Part shown: one piece after another, positions 9,327 to 18,775 of the stretch | Layout: every line of letters begins with the position of its first letter | Position numbering within the stretch: the stretch's first letter is position 1 | Source of the DNA: Bdellovibrionales bacterium | Lineage (GTDB): Bacteria > Pseudomonadota > Alphaproteobacteria > Micavibrionales > UBA2020 | Reading direction: 5' to 3' | NCBI GenBank assembly: GCA_038247245.1 | Contig: JBBRVE010000005.1 | Coordinates: 737-64,736, forward strand | DNA: 64,000 bases | Position numbers and translations under genes: made by a program | Notes under the pieces: generated by a model | Database searches by the model: none | Seen by the model: only the letters and a program-made list of their open reading frames with translations | Told to the model about the DNA's origin: nothing

Positions 9327-10439
9327 TTGTTCGCCTACACGATACGCCGCCTGCTACTGATGATCCCGACGCTGTTCGGTATCCTGCTGCTCAATTTTTT
9401 GATTGTGCAGCTGGCGCCGGGCGGGCCGGTCGAGCAGGTGATTGCGCGTCTTCAAGGCATGGATACCTCGGCGACGGCGAGGTTTTCCGGCGGCGGCACC
9501 GATACCAGTATCCAATCGCAGCAACAACAGATGGCAATCTCCGGCGGCGGGTCTAAATACCGCGGCGCGCAGGGTCTTGACCCCGAATTCATCAAAAGTC
9601 TCGAAAAGCAGTTCGGTTTCGACAAGCCGCTGCATGAACGTTTCTGGATGATGCTGAAAAACTACCTCACCTTCGATTTCGGCAACAGTTATTTTCAGGA
9701 CCGTGCTGTGATGGATCTTGTACTGGATAAGTTGCCTGTTTCCATCACGCTGGGACTTTGGACAACATTTTTCGCTTATATTATTTCAATCCCTCTCGGA
9801 ATCCGTAAAGCGGTGAAGGATGGGACACCTTTCGATACATGGACATCGGCGATTATAATTGTCGGCTACTCGATTCCTTCGTTCCTAATCGCGATTTTAC
9901 TCATCGTTCTTTTTGCCGGAGGGCAATATTGGAATATATTCCCCTTGCGAGGGATCGTTTCCGACGGCTGGCAGGACATGTCATGGCCAAAACGAATTTT
10001 GGACTATCTCTGGCACATCACCTTACCGGTACTGGCTATGACGATTGGCGGATTTGCAGGCTTGACGATACTTACAAAAAATTCCTTTCTTGAAGAAATT
10101 AACAAATTATACGTCCAGACAGCGCGTGCCAAAGGTCTTACAGAGCGTAGAGTTTTGTACGGCCACGTATATCGGAACGGCATGCTGGTGATTATCGCTG
10201 GCGTGCCAGGCGCTTTGCTGGGAATTTTCTTTGGCGAAGCGTTCCTCATCGAGAACATTTTTTCGTTGGACGGTTTGGGACTGCTCAGTTTTGAGTCGGT
10301 CATTAATCGCGACTATCCGGTCATGTTCGGCACTCTTTATGTGTTTACGCTAATGGGTCTTCTTATCAAGCTCGTTTCCGACCTGTTGATGACATGGGTT
10401 GACCCGCGCATAGATTTCAATGCGCAAGGGAGCCGATAA
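9327..10439 (+). CDS. yejB: peptide (microcin C-type) ABC transporter permease YejB
   Basis: AYTIRRLLLMIPTL, APGGPVEQ, YRGAQGLDPEFI..LEKQFGFDKP, TARAKGL, DPRIDF; TTG start with AAGGA RBS. Confidence 0.92.
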   Translation: MFAYTIRRLLLMIPTLFGILLLNFLIVQLAPGGPVEQVIARLQGMDTSATARFSGGGTDTSIQSQQQQMAISGGGSKYRGAQGLDPEFIKSLEKQFGFDKPLHERFWMMLKNYLTFDFGNSYFQDRAVMDLVLDKLPVSITLGLWTTFFAYIISIPLGIRKAVKDGTPFDTWTSAIIIVGYSIPSFLIAILLIVLFAGGQYWNIFPLRGIVSDGWQDMSWPKRILDYLWHITLPVLAMTIGGFAGLTILTKNSFLEEINKLYVQTARAKGLTERRVLYGHVYRNGMLVIIAGVPGALLGIFFGEAFLIENIFSLDGLGLLSFESVINRDYPVMFGTLYVFTLMGLLIKLVSDLLMTWVDPRIDFNAQGSR

Positions 10440-11467
10440 TGGAATTTACGTCTATATCAAAACGTCGGTTAGCCCAATTTCACCGCAATCGCAGGGGTTA
10501 CTTTTCCCTTTGGATATTTGTGGTAATTTTTGCAATCAGCATGTGCGCTGAATTCGTTGCAAACGACAAGCCGATCCTAGTCGTTTATAACGGTGATTAT
10601 TATGCCCCTGTTTTCAAGTCCTATGCGGAAACCCAGTTCGGCGGGGAGTTCGAAACAGAAGCCGATTACCGGGACCCTGCGGTGGCTGAACTCATCAACC
10701 GTAAGGGTTGGATGATTTGGCCACCCATCCGCTACTCTTATCAAACCATCAATTATAATCTTGACGTTCCCGCGCCATCCCCGCCCAGTCGCGAAAACCT
10801 GCTCGGCACAGATGATCAAGCGCGTGACGTTTTTGCACGGCTGATTTATGGTTTTCGCATTTCCGTTATTTTTGGCTTCATCTTGACGATAGTCAGTTCG
10901 GTAATAGGTATTTGTATCGGTGCGATGGAAGGGTATTTCGGTGGCTGGTTCGATCTTTTGACTCAGCGTCTTATCGAAATTTGGGCTGGCATGCCTGTAT
11001 TATTTCTGCTTATCATCATGGCTAGCGTGATCACACCGAGTTTTTTTACGGTGCTTGGCATCATGCTGCTATTTTCATGGATGACCCTCGTGCCTTTAGT
11101 GAGGATCGAGTTTTTAAAGGCGCGTAATCTCGACTATATCCGTGCAGCCAAAGCGTTGGGCGTGACCACTCCGGCCATTATGTTTAAGCATGCATTGCCG
11201 AATGCCATGGTATCAGTATTGTCGATGCTGCCGTTTATTCTGGCAGGATCAGTGACCACGCTGACAAGTCTTGATTTCCTTGGATTTGGTCTGCCGCCTG
11301 GTTCTGCGTCATTAGGCGAGCTGCTGTCGCAGGGGAAAAACAACCTGCAGGCGCCGTGGCTGGGGATGACGGCATTTTTCTCGATCGCGGTGATGCTGAG
11401 CCTGCTGACCTTTATCGGCGAAGCGGTGCGCGACGCCTTCGACCCGCGCAAGATTTTCAAAGGATAA
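10439..11467 (+). CDS. yejE: peptide ABC transporter permease YejE
   Basis: NRRGYFSLWIF, AEF.ANDKP, LGTDDQARDV.ARLIYGFRIS, LDFLGFGLPPGSASLGELL.QGKNNLQAPW; coupled to yejB (TAATG). Confidence 0.92.
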   Translation: MEFTSISKRRLAQFHRNRRGYFSLWIFVVIFAISMCAEFVANDKPILVVYNGDYYAPVFKSYAETQFGGEFETEADYRDPAVAELINRKGWMIWPPIRYSYQTINYNLDVPAPSPPSRENLLGTDDQARDVFARLIYGFRISVIFGFILTIVSSVIGICIGAMEGYFGGWFDLLTQRLIEIWAGMPVLFLLIIMASVITPSFFTVLGIMLLFSWMTLVPLVRIEFLKARNLDYIRAAKALGVTTPAIMFKHALPNAMVSVLSMLPFILAGSVTTLTSLDFLGFGLPPGSASLGELLSQGKNNLQAPWLGMTAFFSIAVMLSLLTFIGEAVRDAFDPRKIFKG

Positions 11468-11472
11468 TCACC

Positions 11473-13086
11473 ATGGCCCTGCTGGACGTCAAAAACCTCT
11501 CGGTCGATTTCGTGAACGGCAAGCAGGTCACGCATGCGGTGAAAAACATTTCCTTTTCCATCGAAAAGGGCGAAACGCTGGCGGTGGTCGGTGAATCAGG
11601 CTCCGGTAAATCCGTCACGGCGCTGTCCGTTCTGCAACTGCTGCCCTATCCGGTCGCGCAGCATCCGTCGGGCTCCATCAAGTTCAATGGTCAGGAACTG
11701 ATGGGCGCTGGCGACAGTGTGCTGCGCACCATCCGCGGCAACAAGGTTGCGATGATCTTTCAAGAGCCGATGACCTCGCTGAACCCGCTGCACACGATTG
11801 AAAAGCAGATTGCCGAAGCGCTGTTCCTGCATAAAAAAATGGAGCCGGATGCCGCACGCAAACGCGTGATCGAATTGCTGGAACTGGTCGGCCTGTCCAA
11901 ACTGACGCAGCGCCTTGGCGCATACCCGCATGAATTGTCGGGCGGGCAGCGGCAGCGCGTGATGATCGCGATGGCCTTGGCGAACGAGCCCGACCTGCTG
12001 ATCGCGGATGAACCCACCACGGCGGTCGATGTGACCGTACAGGCACAGATTTTGAAACTGCTGGCCGAATTGCAGCAGAAAATGGGCATGGCGATCCTGC
12101 TGATCACCCATGACCTGTCGATTGTGCGCAAGATGGCGAACCGCGTCGCCGTCATGTATCACGGCGATATCGTGGAACAGGCTGACACCCGGACATTGTT
12201 CGCCAACCCACAGCATGATTACACCAAAATGCTGCTGGCCGCGCAGCCACACGGGCAGCCGATGCCCTTTGATACGAACGCAGCGCCGATACTGAAGGCC
12301 GACGACCTGAAGGTGCATTTCCCGATCAAGACCGGGGTTTTTCGCCGCACGACCGATTACGTGCGCGCGGTCGACGGCATCAATATCGCCATCCGTCCGG
12401 GGCAGACGGTCGGCGTGGTGGGCGAATCCGGTTCGGGCAAGACGACGCTCGGCCTTGCGCTGCTGCGCCTGCTGAACAGTCAGGGGCTGGTGCAATTCGA
12501 AGGTAAATCGCTGAACGACATGGCAGACAAACAAATCCGCCCGTTGCGCCGTGATATGCAGATCGTGTTTCAGGACCCTTATGGCTCGCTCAGTCCGCGC
12601 CTGTCGGTCGCGCAGATCATCGAGGAAGGGTTGCTGGTGCATTTTCCGCAGATGAATGCGGCGCAACGTGACGCAAAAGTGGTGGCGGGACTGAATGAAG
12701 TCGGCCTCGACCCCGAAACGCGCAACCGGTATCCGCATGAATTTTCGGGCGGGCAGCGGCAGCGTATTGCGATTGCGCGCGCGATGGTGCTGAACCCGAA
12801 ATTCGTGATCCTTGATGAACCGACATCGGCATTGGATATGTCGGTGCAGGCGCAGATCGTGGAACTGCTGCGCAAATTGCAGCGCGACCACAACCTGGCC
12901 TATATGTTCATCAGCCATGATTTGCGCGTGGTGAAGGCGATGGCACATGACGTGATCGTGATGCGCAACGGCAAGGTGGTCGAGAGCGGCCCCGCCGCGC
13001 AAGTCTTCGATGCCCCGCGCGAGGATTACACCAAGGCGCTGCTGGCCGCCGCGCTCAACATCGACGTCGCGCCGCAGGCTGCATAA
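11473..13086 (+). CDS. yejF: peptide ABC transporter dual ATP-binding subunit YejF
   Basis: Two NBDs (GESGSGKS and [15 protein letters not shown] twice, DEPT twice); start trimmed to ATG 11473 after AGGA. Confidence 0.92.
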   Translation: MALLDVKNLSVDFVNGKQVTHAVKNISFSIEKGETLAVVGESGSGKSVTALSVLQLLPYPVAQHPSGSIKFNGQELMGAGDSVLRTIRGNKVAMIFQEPMTSLNPLHTIEKQIAEALFLHKKMEPDAARKRVIELLELVGLSKLTQRLGAYPHELSGGQRQRVMIAMALANEPDLLIADEPTTAVDVTVQAQILKLLAELQQKMGMAILLITHDLSIVRKMANRVAVMYHGDIVEQADTRTLFANPQHDYTKMLLAAQPHGQPMPFDTNAAPILKADDLKVHFPIKTGVFRRTTDYVRAVDGINIAIRPGQTVGVVGESGSGKTTLGLALLRLLNSQGLVQFEGKSLNDMADKQIRPLRRDMQIVFQDPYGSLSPRLSVAQIIEEGLLVHFPQMNAAQRDAKVVAGLNEVGLDPETRNRYPHEFSGGQRQRIAIARAMVLNPKFVILDEPTSALDMSVQAQIVELLRKLQRDHNLAYMFISHDLRVVKAMAHDVIVMRNGKVVESGPAAQVFDAPREDYTKALLAAALNIDVAPQAA

Positions 13087-13158
13087 AATTTTATATGTTT
13101 CACAAACGTGAACGCGCGAAGGCGCGTCGTCATGATTTGTAAACAATTCTATCAATAC

Positions 13159-13173
13159 TTAAACCGATGTTAA
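13159..13173. promoter_or_regulatory. CtrA box (perfect)
   Basis: TTAA-accgatg-TTAA. Confidence 0.6.
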
Positions 13174-13243
13174 AATTTCGGGTGATATACTGAAACTAGG
13201 AAACATCGGGGGACGCTTCCAATGATGAAAAAGAAAAGGGGTC

Positions 13244-13489
13244 GTGTCCATGCAAGTATCGGTTCACAAAACACTGCAAAAACCTGTTCAGGTTTTAAAC
13301 AAATATAAAATGTATTTTATCATTCTCGCCTTCGCCTTGCCGCTGTTCTTCTTTGCTTCGAACGGTTTTGGCAGTGAAGATGGCGGCCCGGCGCCTATCT
13401 GGCAACCGGTATCGGCGGATAATTACGTCATGCCGATGGAACGCGCCGAAGGCTGGCAAGTGCGCCTGCGGCTGGCATCAAAAATGTAA
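13244..13489 (+). CDS. small hypothetical membrane/exported protein
   Basis: 81-aa ORF with one hydrophobic stretch (MYFIILAFALPLFFFA), AAGGGG RBS, fills intergenic space. Confidence 0.5.
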   Translation: MSMQVSVHKTLQKPVQVLNKYKMYFIILAFALPLFFFASNGFGSEDGGPAPIWQPVSADNYVMPMERAEGWQVRLRLASKM

Positions 13490-13497
13490 ACGGCCGG

Positions 13498-16400
13498 TCA
13501 GGCGGCGCGCTTCTGCTCCGGCTGGACAGGCCTGTTGAAGCTGAGGAGTAGTGCTGCTTCCGCTTCCTTGGCTTTCTTCAGGTGCGCGTCCTTCACATGA
13601 CCGTAACCGCGGATATGTTCCGGGATGCTGGCGATATCGACAGCGACGTTGAAATTGCGGTCGGTCAGGCCCGTCAGCAGGCCTTCGATCGTCGCGCGAT
13701 AATCCTTGATCAGCTGGCGTTCCGTGCGGCGTTCGTGGGTATAGCCGAAAATATCGAGCGGCGTGCCACGCAGGCCTTTCAGCTTCGCCAGAACGGCGAA
13801 GACCGGCAAGATCCACGCGCCGAATTCCATTTTCTGGAGCTCGCCCGTCACCGCGTCGCGTTTCGCAATCAGCGGCGGGGCAAGATGGAAGCGCAGCTTG
13901 TAATCGCCGTCAAGGGTGCTTTTCAGCTGCGACAGGAAGTGGCCGTCGGTGTGCAGGCGGGCGACTTCGTATTCGTCCTTGTAGGCCATCAGCTTGTAAT
14001 AGTAACGCGCAACGGCCTCGGTCAGTTTGCCGGGGTTGCCCTTGACGCGGATTTCGGCGGTGCGTACGGCATCGACGAGGTCCTTGTATTTTTCCGCATA
14101 GGCTTCGTTTTGATAACCCGTGAGCGACATCATGCGGCGGTCGATGGTTTCTTCGGTCGAGGTGGAAATCTGGCGGTGGCGGTCCGATCCGTCCGCCGTT
14201 TTCTTGGGCGCGGCCAGTTCTTCGACCTTTGCGATATCCCATGCGGCGCGGCGGCCCCATGTGAAGCTCTGCTGGTTCATGCCGATGGCAACGCCGTTCA
14301 GTTCAATCGCCTTCATGATCGCGTCATGGCCAAGCGGGATCAGCCCTTTTTGCCACGCATAGCCCAGCATGAACATGTTGGTCGCAATCGAATCGCCCAT
14401 CAGCGCCGTTGCGATTTGTGACGTGTCGAGGACGGACAGGTTATCGCGGCCGCACAGGGCTGCGATAGAATCGATGATGGATTTCGACGGGATCGTCCAG
14501 TCGGGCTTGCGGGTGAATTCGCCCGTCTGCGCCTTGTGCGTGTTCAGGACGATTTTGGTTTCGCCCTGACGGATTTTCGACAGACAGTCGCCATCCGCTG
14601 TCACTAGCAAATCCGCGCCGATGATCACATTCGCGCCGGCGATGCCGATGCGCACGGTGTTGATCGCGTCGGGGGTTTTTGCGATGCGGATATGGCTCGT
14701 GACCGCGCCGCCCTTTTGCGCGAGGCCGGTCTGGTCCATGGTGGTCGCGCCCTTGTCTTCAAGATGTGCCGCCATGGCGAGGATCGCGCCAACGGTCACG
14801 ATGCCCGTGCCGCCTACGCCGTTGACGAGGATTGCGCAAGGTTCGGACAGGTCGCCGATGACGGGCATCGGCATTGCCGCAAAAAATTCCTCAACCTCGT
14901 TGCCGATTTTCGCCGCTTCGGGTTTCTTCAATCCGCCGCCCAGCACGGTGACGAAGCTGGGGCAGAAGCCCTTCACGCAGGAGAAATCCTTGTTGCAGCT
15001 GGATTGGTCAATCTGGCGCTTGCGGCCGAATTCGGTTTCGACGGGCGCGATCGACAGGCAGTTCGATTTCTTGCCGCAATCGCCGCAACCTTCGCAGACG
15101 CGCTCGTTAATCACGACGCGTTTCGGCGGGTCAATCATGAGGCCGCGTTTACGGCGGCGGCGTTTTTCGGCGGCGCAGGTCTGGTCATAGATCATGACCG
15201 TCACGCCCGGGATTTCGCGCAATTTGCGCTGCACGGCATCAAGATCGTCGCGGTGGGTGATCTGCACGCCCTGCGGCAGCATGACGCCCTTGTATTTCCA
15301 CGGCTCGTCCGACACGACATAGATCGTCTCGATCCCTTCGGCGCGCACTTGGCTCGCCACCATCGGCACTGACAGCTGGCCGTCGACCGGCTGGCCGCCC
15401 GTCATGGCGACGGCGTCATTGTAGAGAATTTTATAGGTGATGTTCACCTTCGCGGCTTGCGCTGCGCGGATCGCCAGCAGGCCGGAATGGAAATAGGTGC
15501 CGTCGCCCAGGTTGGTGAAGATATGCTTTTCATCCGTGAACGGGGCCTGGCCGATCCATGGCACGCCTTCGCCGCCCATCTGGGTGAACATCATGGTGGA
15601 TCTGTCCATCCACATCGTCATGTAATGGCAACCGATACCGGCAAGCGCGCGGGAACCTTCGGGCACCACGGTCGAGGTGTTGTGCGGGCAGCCGGAGCAG
15701 AACCACGGCATCCGCACGACGGGCGAGGGCTTGCCCTTCAGGTCGAAATTCTTGTGGATGATATCCATGCGGCTGGCGAAGCTGGACGTATCCATGATCG
15801 GCGTCAGGCGCTTGATCAGCGCATCGGCAATCTGGCCGGGCGACAGTTCATATGTTTCGGGCAGCAGCGGCGCGCCGCGCTCGTCGATCTTGCCGGTTAC
15901 GCGCGGGCGGCGGGGCAGGGGCATGTTGAACAGCGCCTTTTTGATCTGTTCTTCGATCAGTCCGCGCTTTTCCTCCACCACAAACAATTCTTCGACTTCT
16001 TCGGCAAGCTTGAGGATGCCGGAGGTTTCCAGCGGCCAGACAAGGGCGACCTTGTAAACCGCCAAACCCATTTCTTCGGCGCGCTGTTTCGTGATGCCCA
16101 AATCTTCCAGCGCCTGCATTGTGTCCATCCAGCCCTTGCCGGTCGCGACAATGCCGAAGCGTTTGCGGGCGGGGTTGAGGGTCAGGCGGTCGAGGCCGTT
16201 CGCGCGGGCATAGGCCTGCGCGGCGGGCAGCTTCAGCGTGACAAGGCGCTCTTCCTGCGCGACGGGCGCATCGTACCAGCGGATGTTCAACCCGTCTTCC
16301 GGCATCGCGAAATCGGTCGGCGTATTGAACGTCATCGCAAAGGGGTTGGTATAGACGGAGGCCGAGCTGTCCGCGAAATCGGAAATGATTTTCAGGCCCG

Positions 16401-16986
16401 ACCAAGTACCCGAATAGCGGCTCATGGCGATGCCGTGCAGGCCAAGCTCCAGCGCGTCCTCGATCCCTGCAGGGTGCAGCATCGGGATCATGGCATGCAT
16501 AAACGCATGTTCCGACTGGTGCGGGAAGGTGGATGATTTGCAGGCATGGTCGTCACCGGCCAGCGCCAGCACGCCACCGTGTTTCGACGATCCGGCGGCG
16601 TTCGCGTGTTTCAGCACGTCAATCGAACGGTCAACGCCGGGGCCCTTGCCGTACCACATGCCCACGATGCCGTCGTAACGTGCGGCGGGACCGAGGTTCA
16701 ATTGCTGGCTGCCCCAGACGGCGGTCGCGCCCAAATCCTCGTTCACGCCGGGGACGAACTTGATCTCGTGTTCTGCGGTGAATTTCTTGGCCTGCATGAT
16801 GGCCTGATCGAGCCCGCCCAAGGGCGAGCCGCGATAGCCGGAGATGAAGGTGGCGGTTTTGAGGCCGGCGGCCTTGTCCAGTTCATGTTGCATCATCGGG
16901 ATGCGCACGAGCGCCTGAAGGCCGTTCAGGTAAATCCGGCCCGATTTCTCGGTGTATTTGTCATCCAGCGTAACTGCGTCGCGCAT
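13498..16986 (-). CDS. indolepyruvate:ferredoxin oxidoreductase family protein (fused alpha/beta)
   Basis: SGYRGSPLGG, WYGKGPGVDR, FCSGCPHN, GDGTYFHSG (TPP), CEGCGDC..SNC ferredoxin motif, GVGGTGIVT, AYKDEYEVARL. Confidence 0.93.
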   Translation of the reverse strand: MRDAVTLDDKYTEKSGRIYLNGLQALVRIPMMQHELDKAAGLKTATFISGYRGSPLGGLDQAIMQAKKFTAEHEIKFVPGVNEDLGATAVWGSQQLNLGPAARYDGIVGMWYGKGPGVDRSIDVLKHANAAGSSKHGGVLALAGDDHACKSSTFPHQSEHAFMHAMIPMLHPAGIEDALELGLHGIAMSRYSGTWSGLKIISDFADSSASVYTNPFAMTFNTPTDFAMPEDGLNIRWYDAPVAQEERLVTLKLPAAQAYARANGLDRLTLNPARKRFGIVATGKGWMDTMQALEDLGITKQRAEEMGLAVYKVALVWPLETSGILKLAEEVEELFVVEEKRGLIEEQIKKALFNMPLPRRPRVTGKIDERGAPLLPETYELSPGQIADALIKRLTPIMDTSSFASRMDIIHKNFDLKGKPSPVVRMPWFCSGCPHNTSTVVPEGSRALAGIGCHYMTMWMDRSTMMFTQMGGEGVPWIGQAPFTDEKHIFTNLGDGTYFHSGLLAIRAAQAAKVNITYKILYNDAVAMTGGQPVDGQLSVPMVASQVRAEGIETIYVVSDEPWKYKGVMLPQGVQITHRDDLDAVQRKLREIPGVTVMIYDQTCAAEKRRRRKRGLMIDPPKRVVINERVCEGCGDCGKKSNCLSIAPVETEFGRKRQIDQSSCNKDFSCVKGFCPSFVTVLGGGLKKPEAAKIGNEVEEFFAAMPMPVIGDLSEPCAILVNGVGGTGIVTVGAILAMAAHLEDKGATTMDQTGLAQKGGAVTSHIRIAKTPDAINTVRIGIAGANVIIGADLLVTADGDCLSKIRQGETKIVLNTHKAQTGEFTRKPDWTIPSKSIIDSIAALCGRDNLSVLDTSQIATALMGDSIATNMFMLGYAWQKGLIPLGHDAIMKAIELNGVAIGMNQQSFTWGRRAAWDIAKVEELAAPKKTADGSDRHRQISTSTEETIDRRMMSLTGYQNEAYAEKYKDLVDAVRTAEIRVKGNPGKLTEAVARYYYKLMAYKDEYEVARLHTDGHFLSQLKSTLDGDYKLRFHLAPPLIAKRDAVTGELQKMEFGAWILPVFAVLAKLKGLRGTPLDIFGYTHERRTERQLIKDYRATIEGLLTGLTDRNFNVAVDIASIPEHIRGYGHVKDAHLKKAKEAEAALLLSFNRPVQPEQKRAA

Positions 16987-17263
16987 GCCCTGAGCCCCAC
17001 CCGTATATAGCTTTACCGCGTCGCGGCGGCCGATTCCGTACCTGCGTTAAGGTAGTATCGTATACCGCCCCGGGCAACTTTATTTCAACATTTTTTTTCA
17101 TAAATTGGCGTAGATAAATGTTAAAAATCAACGCGATAGCGCAACTTTTTGTGCTGCAACGCACAAATCGGCGCGAAATATAAGGCTTTTCAGGCAAGCA
17201 AAGCCTATGTTACAACCGCTGACGCCAATCAAGGCGAGCTTTTATAAAGAGATTCGGAAAGGG

Positions 17264-17479
17264 GTGATTACCATCGTACAGGTCATCGTACGCGATAACA
17301 ACGTAGACCAGGCACTGCGCGCATTGAAGAAAAAGATGCAGCGTGAAGGACTGTTCCGCGAAATGAAACTGCGCCGCCACTATGAGAAGCCTTCTGTCAA
17401 GAAGGCGCGTGAGCGTTCTGAAGCAGTTCGTCGCCACCGCAAACTTGAGCGCAAGCGCAAGGAAAGGGACGGCGAATAA
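17264..17479 (+). CDS. rpsU: 30S ribosomal protein S21 (start uncertain: GTG 17264, or ATC 17273 / GTA 17276)
   Basis: [39 protein letters not shown] is the alphaproteobacterial S21 pattern. Confidence 0.95.
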   Translation: MITIVQVIVRDNNVDQALRALKKKMQREGLFREMKLRRHYEKPSVKKARERSEAVRRHRKLERKRKERDGE

Positions 17480-17513
17480 TCGTTATCGGCTAATATCACC
17501 GCTAAGGTATTGA

Positions 17514-17547
17514 GAAAGGGGTCCGCGCGTTATGCCGGACCCTTTTT
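17514..17547 (+). terminator. intrinsic terminator after rpsU
   Basis: aaaggggtccg...cggaccctttt stem with T-tract. Confidence 0.7.
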
Positions 17548-17564
17548 GCTGTTCGCTCCATGAG

Positions 17565-17677
17565 CGTCATGCCCGGCCTTGTGCGGACATCCGGTAGGCT
17601 GTCCAACCGTCATATGACTCTGGAGCCACATGACGTGCGGACGCGCTCCCAGACCCCCGCACAAGGCGGGGGTGACG
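17565..17677. repeat. palindromic miniature element (REP/MITE-like, GTCAT...TGAC type)
   Basis: Imperfect terminal inverted repeats cgtcatgcccggccttgtgcgg / ccgcacaaggcgggggtgacg; right arm is itself a hairpin. Confidence 0.6.
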
Positions 17678-17683
17678 CGGAAT

Positions 17684-18637
17684 TTAAATCTTCAGCTTTG
17701 CGATCTGTGATTGCGGGGCGGGTTTGTCGTCCAGCACTTGCGGCTGGCCGCCGGCTTTTTTCAATTCATCGGCTGCGCGGGAAAGGGTGGCGTCAGCGAG
17801 CGTGGTGAATCTCTCGGCAACGCCCAGCGTTTCCGCGCCGGTTTTCAGGTTCTCGGAAATAATCAGGCGTTCGCGGGATTCGAAATTGAAAATTTCGGTG
17901 ATCTTGCGGTTCAGCACGGGCATGTCGGCGATTTTGGCGATGGTGGTGGCGTTCATCAGCGCCCATGTTTCCGATGCGCTGGCGGGCTTGTTTTCGTTGG
18001 CGGCGGGAACAGCAACAACGGCGGGCGTTTCCACCGGCGGCGCGCCTCGCACGGTCGTCTCGATGATTTTTTGCAGGCGCGGGTATTTTTCGCGGGCGAG
18101 GTCGGCGGGCGTCTTGTCATCCTTGCCCGGCATATCGGTGCGCGCGCCGGCGGTAATCAGGAATTCCAGCACTGCGCCGCGGTCGTTGGCGACGGCGTAA
18201 TAGGCAGCGGTCAATTCGTCCTTTTTATTGCGCACATTCAGGTCGGCGTTTTTTTCGGCCAGTGCCTTCACCGCATCAAGGTCGCCGTTATGCGCCGCCC
18301 AGTGGATAGGATAGGTATAGCTGCTGTTATGCGCGTTCACATCCGACCCTGCCGCGATCAGCAGCAACGCCGCCGCCGATTTATCCTTGGTCAGCGCGAG
18401 CAGCAGCGCGTGGTTTCCCTCGGGGTCTGTCAGGTTGAGGTCGGGCTTGCGCGTGAGGAGGTATTTGATGGCTTCCAGCTGCCCCGCCTCCGCCGCCAGC
18501 ATCAGGGCGGTCTTGCCTTCGGCGTTTTTCATGTCGACGGGATAGGGCGTACCGGTCTGCAAACCGTATTTGAGTTCATCAAGATCACCGCTGATCGCGG
18601 CCGCAAAGAAGGTCTTCTTCGTGCTGATGAATGCCAT
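17684..18637 (-). CDS. ankyrin-repeat protein with unrecognised C-terminal TEIFNFESRER domain
   Basis: GKTALMLAA..G, GNHALLLA, YPIHWAAHNG, LTAAYYAV, KTPADLA ankyrin units; Pro/Ala linker; C-terminal domain shared with neighbours. Confidence 0.88.
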   Translation of the reverse strand: MAFISTKKTFFAAAISGDLDELKYGLQTGTPYPVDMKNAEGKTALMLAAEAGQLEAIKYLLTRKPDLNLTDPEGNHALLLALTKDKSAAALLLIAAGSDVNAHNSSYTYPIHWAAHNGDLDAVKALAEKNADLNVRNKKDELTAAYYAVANDRGAVLEFLITAGARTDMPGKDDKTPADLAREKYPRLQKIIETTVRGAPPVETPAVVAVPAANENKPASASETWALMNATTIAKIADMPVLNRKITEIFNFESRERLIISENLKTGAETLGVAERFTTLADATLSRAADELKKAGGQPQVLDDKPAPQSQIAKLKI

Positions 18638-18678
18638 GTGGTAAGTCGTTTTCCCCGCGTTGTTTATGGTGTTGGGGA

Positions 18679-18707
18679 ATTATCCCAACCGCACGAGAAA
18701 CGGTCAA
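18679..18707 (-). promoter_or_regulatory. sigma70-type promoter of ankyrin gene 18637
   Basis: minus strand TTGACC-N17-GATAAT. Confidence 0.55.
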
Positions 18708-18775
18708 GAGGTATTATAATACCATACTGAAAACGTTCACGTTTTCAGCTTTTATAACAATCAATCGTTGGGTTT

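Noticed and set aside
9690-11320. Hidden overlapping gene explaining the altered codon use in yejB/yejE
   Set aside because: Alternative frames hold only short ORFs (roughly 80-130 aa) without motifs.
11356-11472. N-terminal extensions in the ORF track (yejF, rpsU, PMM, 25528 ORF, fliH, flgE, cheR)
   Set aside because: They overlap upstream genes or promoters; downstream starts match homolog N-termini and RBS positions.
17560-17808. 82-aa ORF MSVMPGLVRTS
   Set aside because: Derived from the palindromic element and antisense to the ankyrin gene end.
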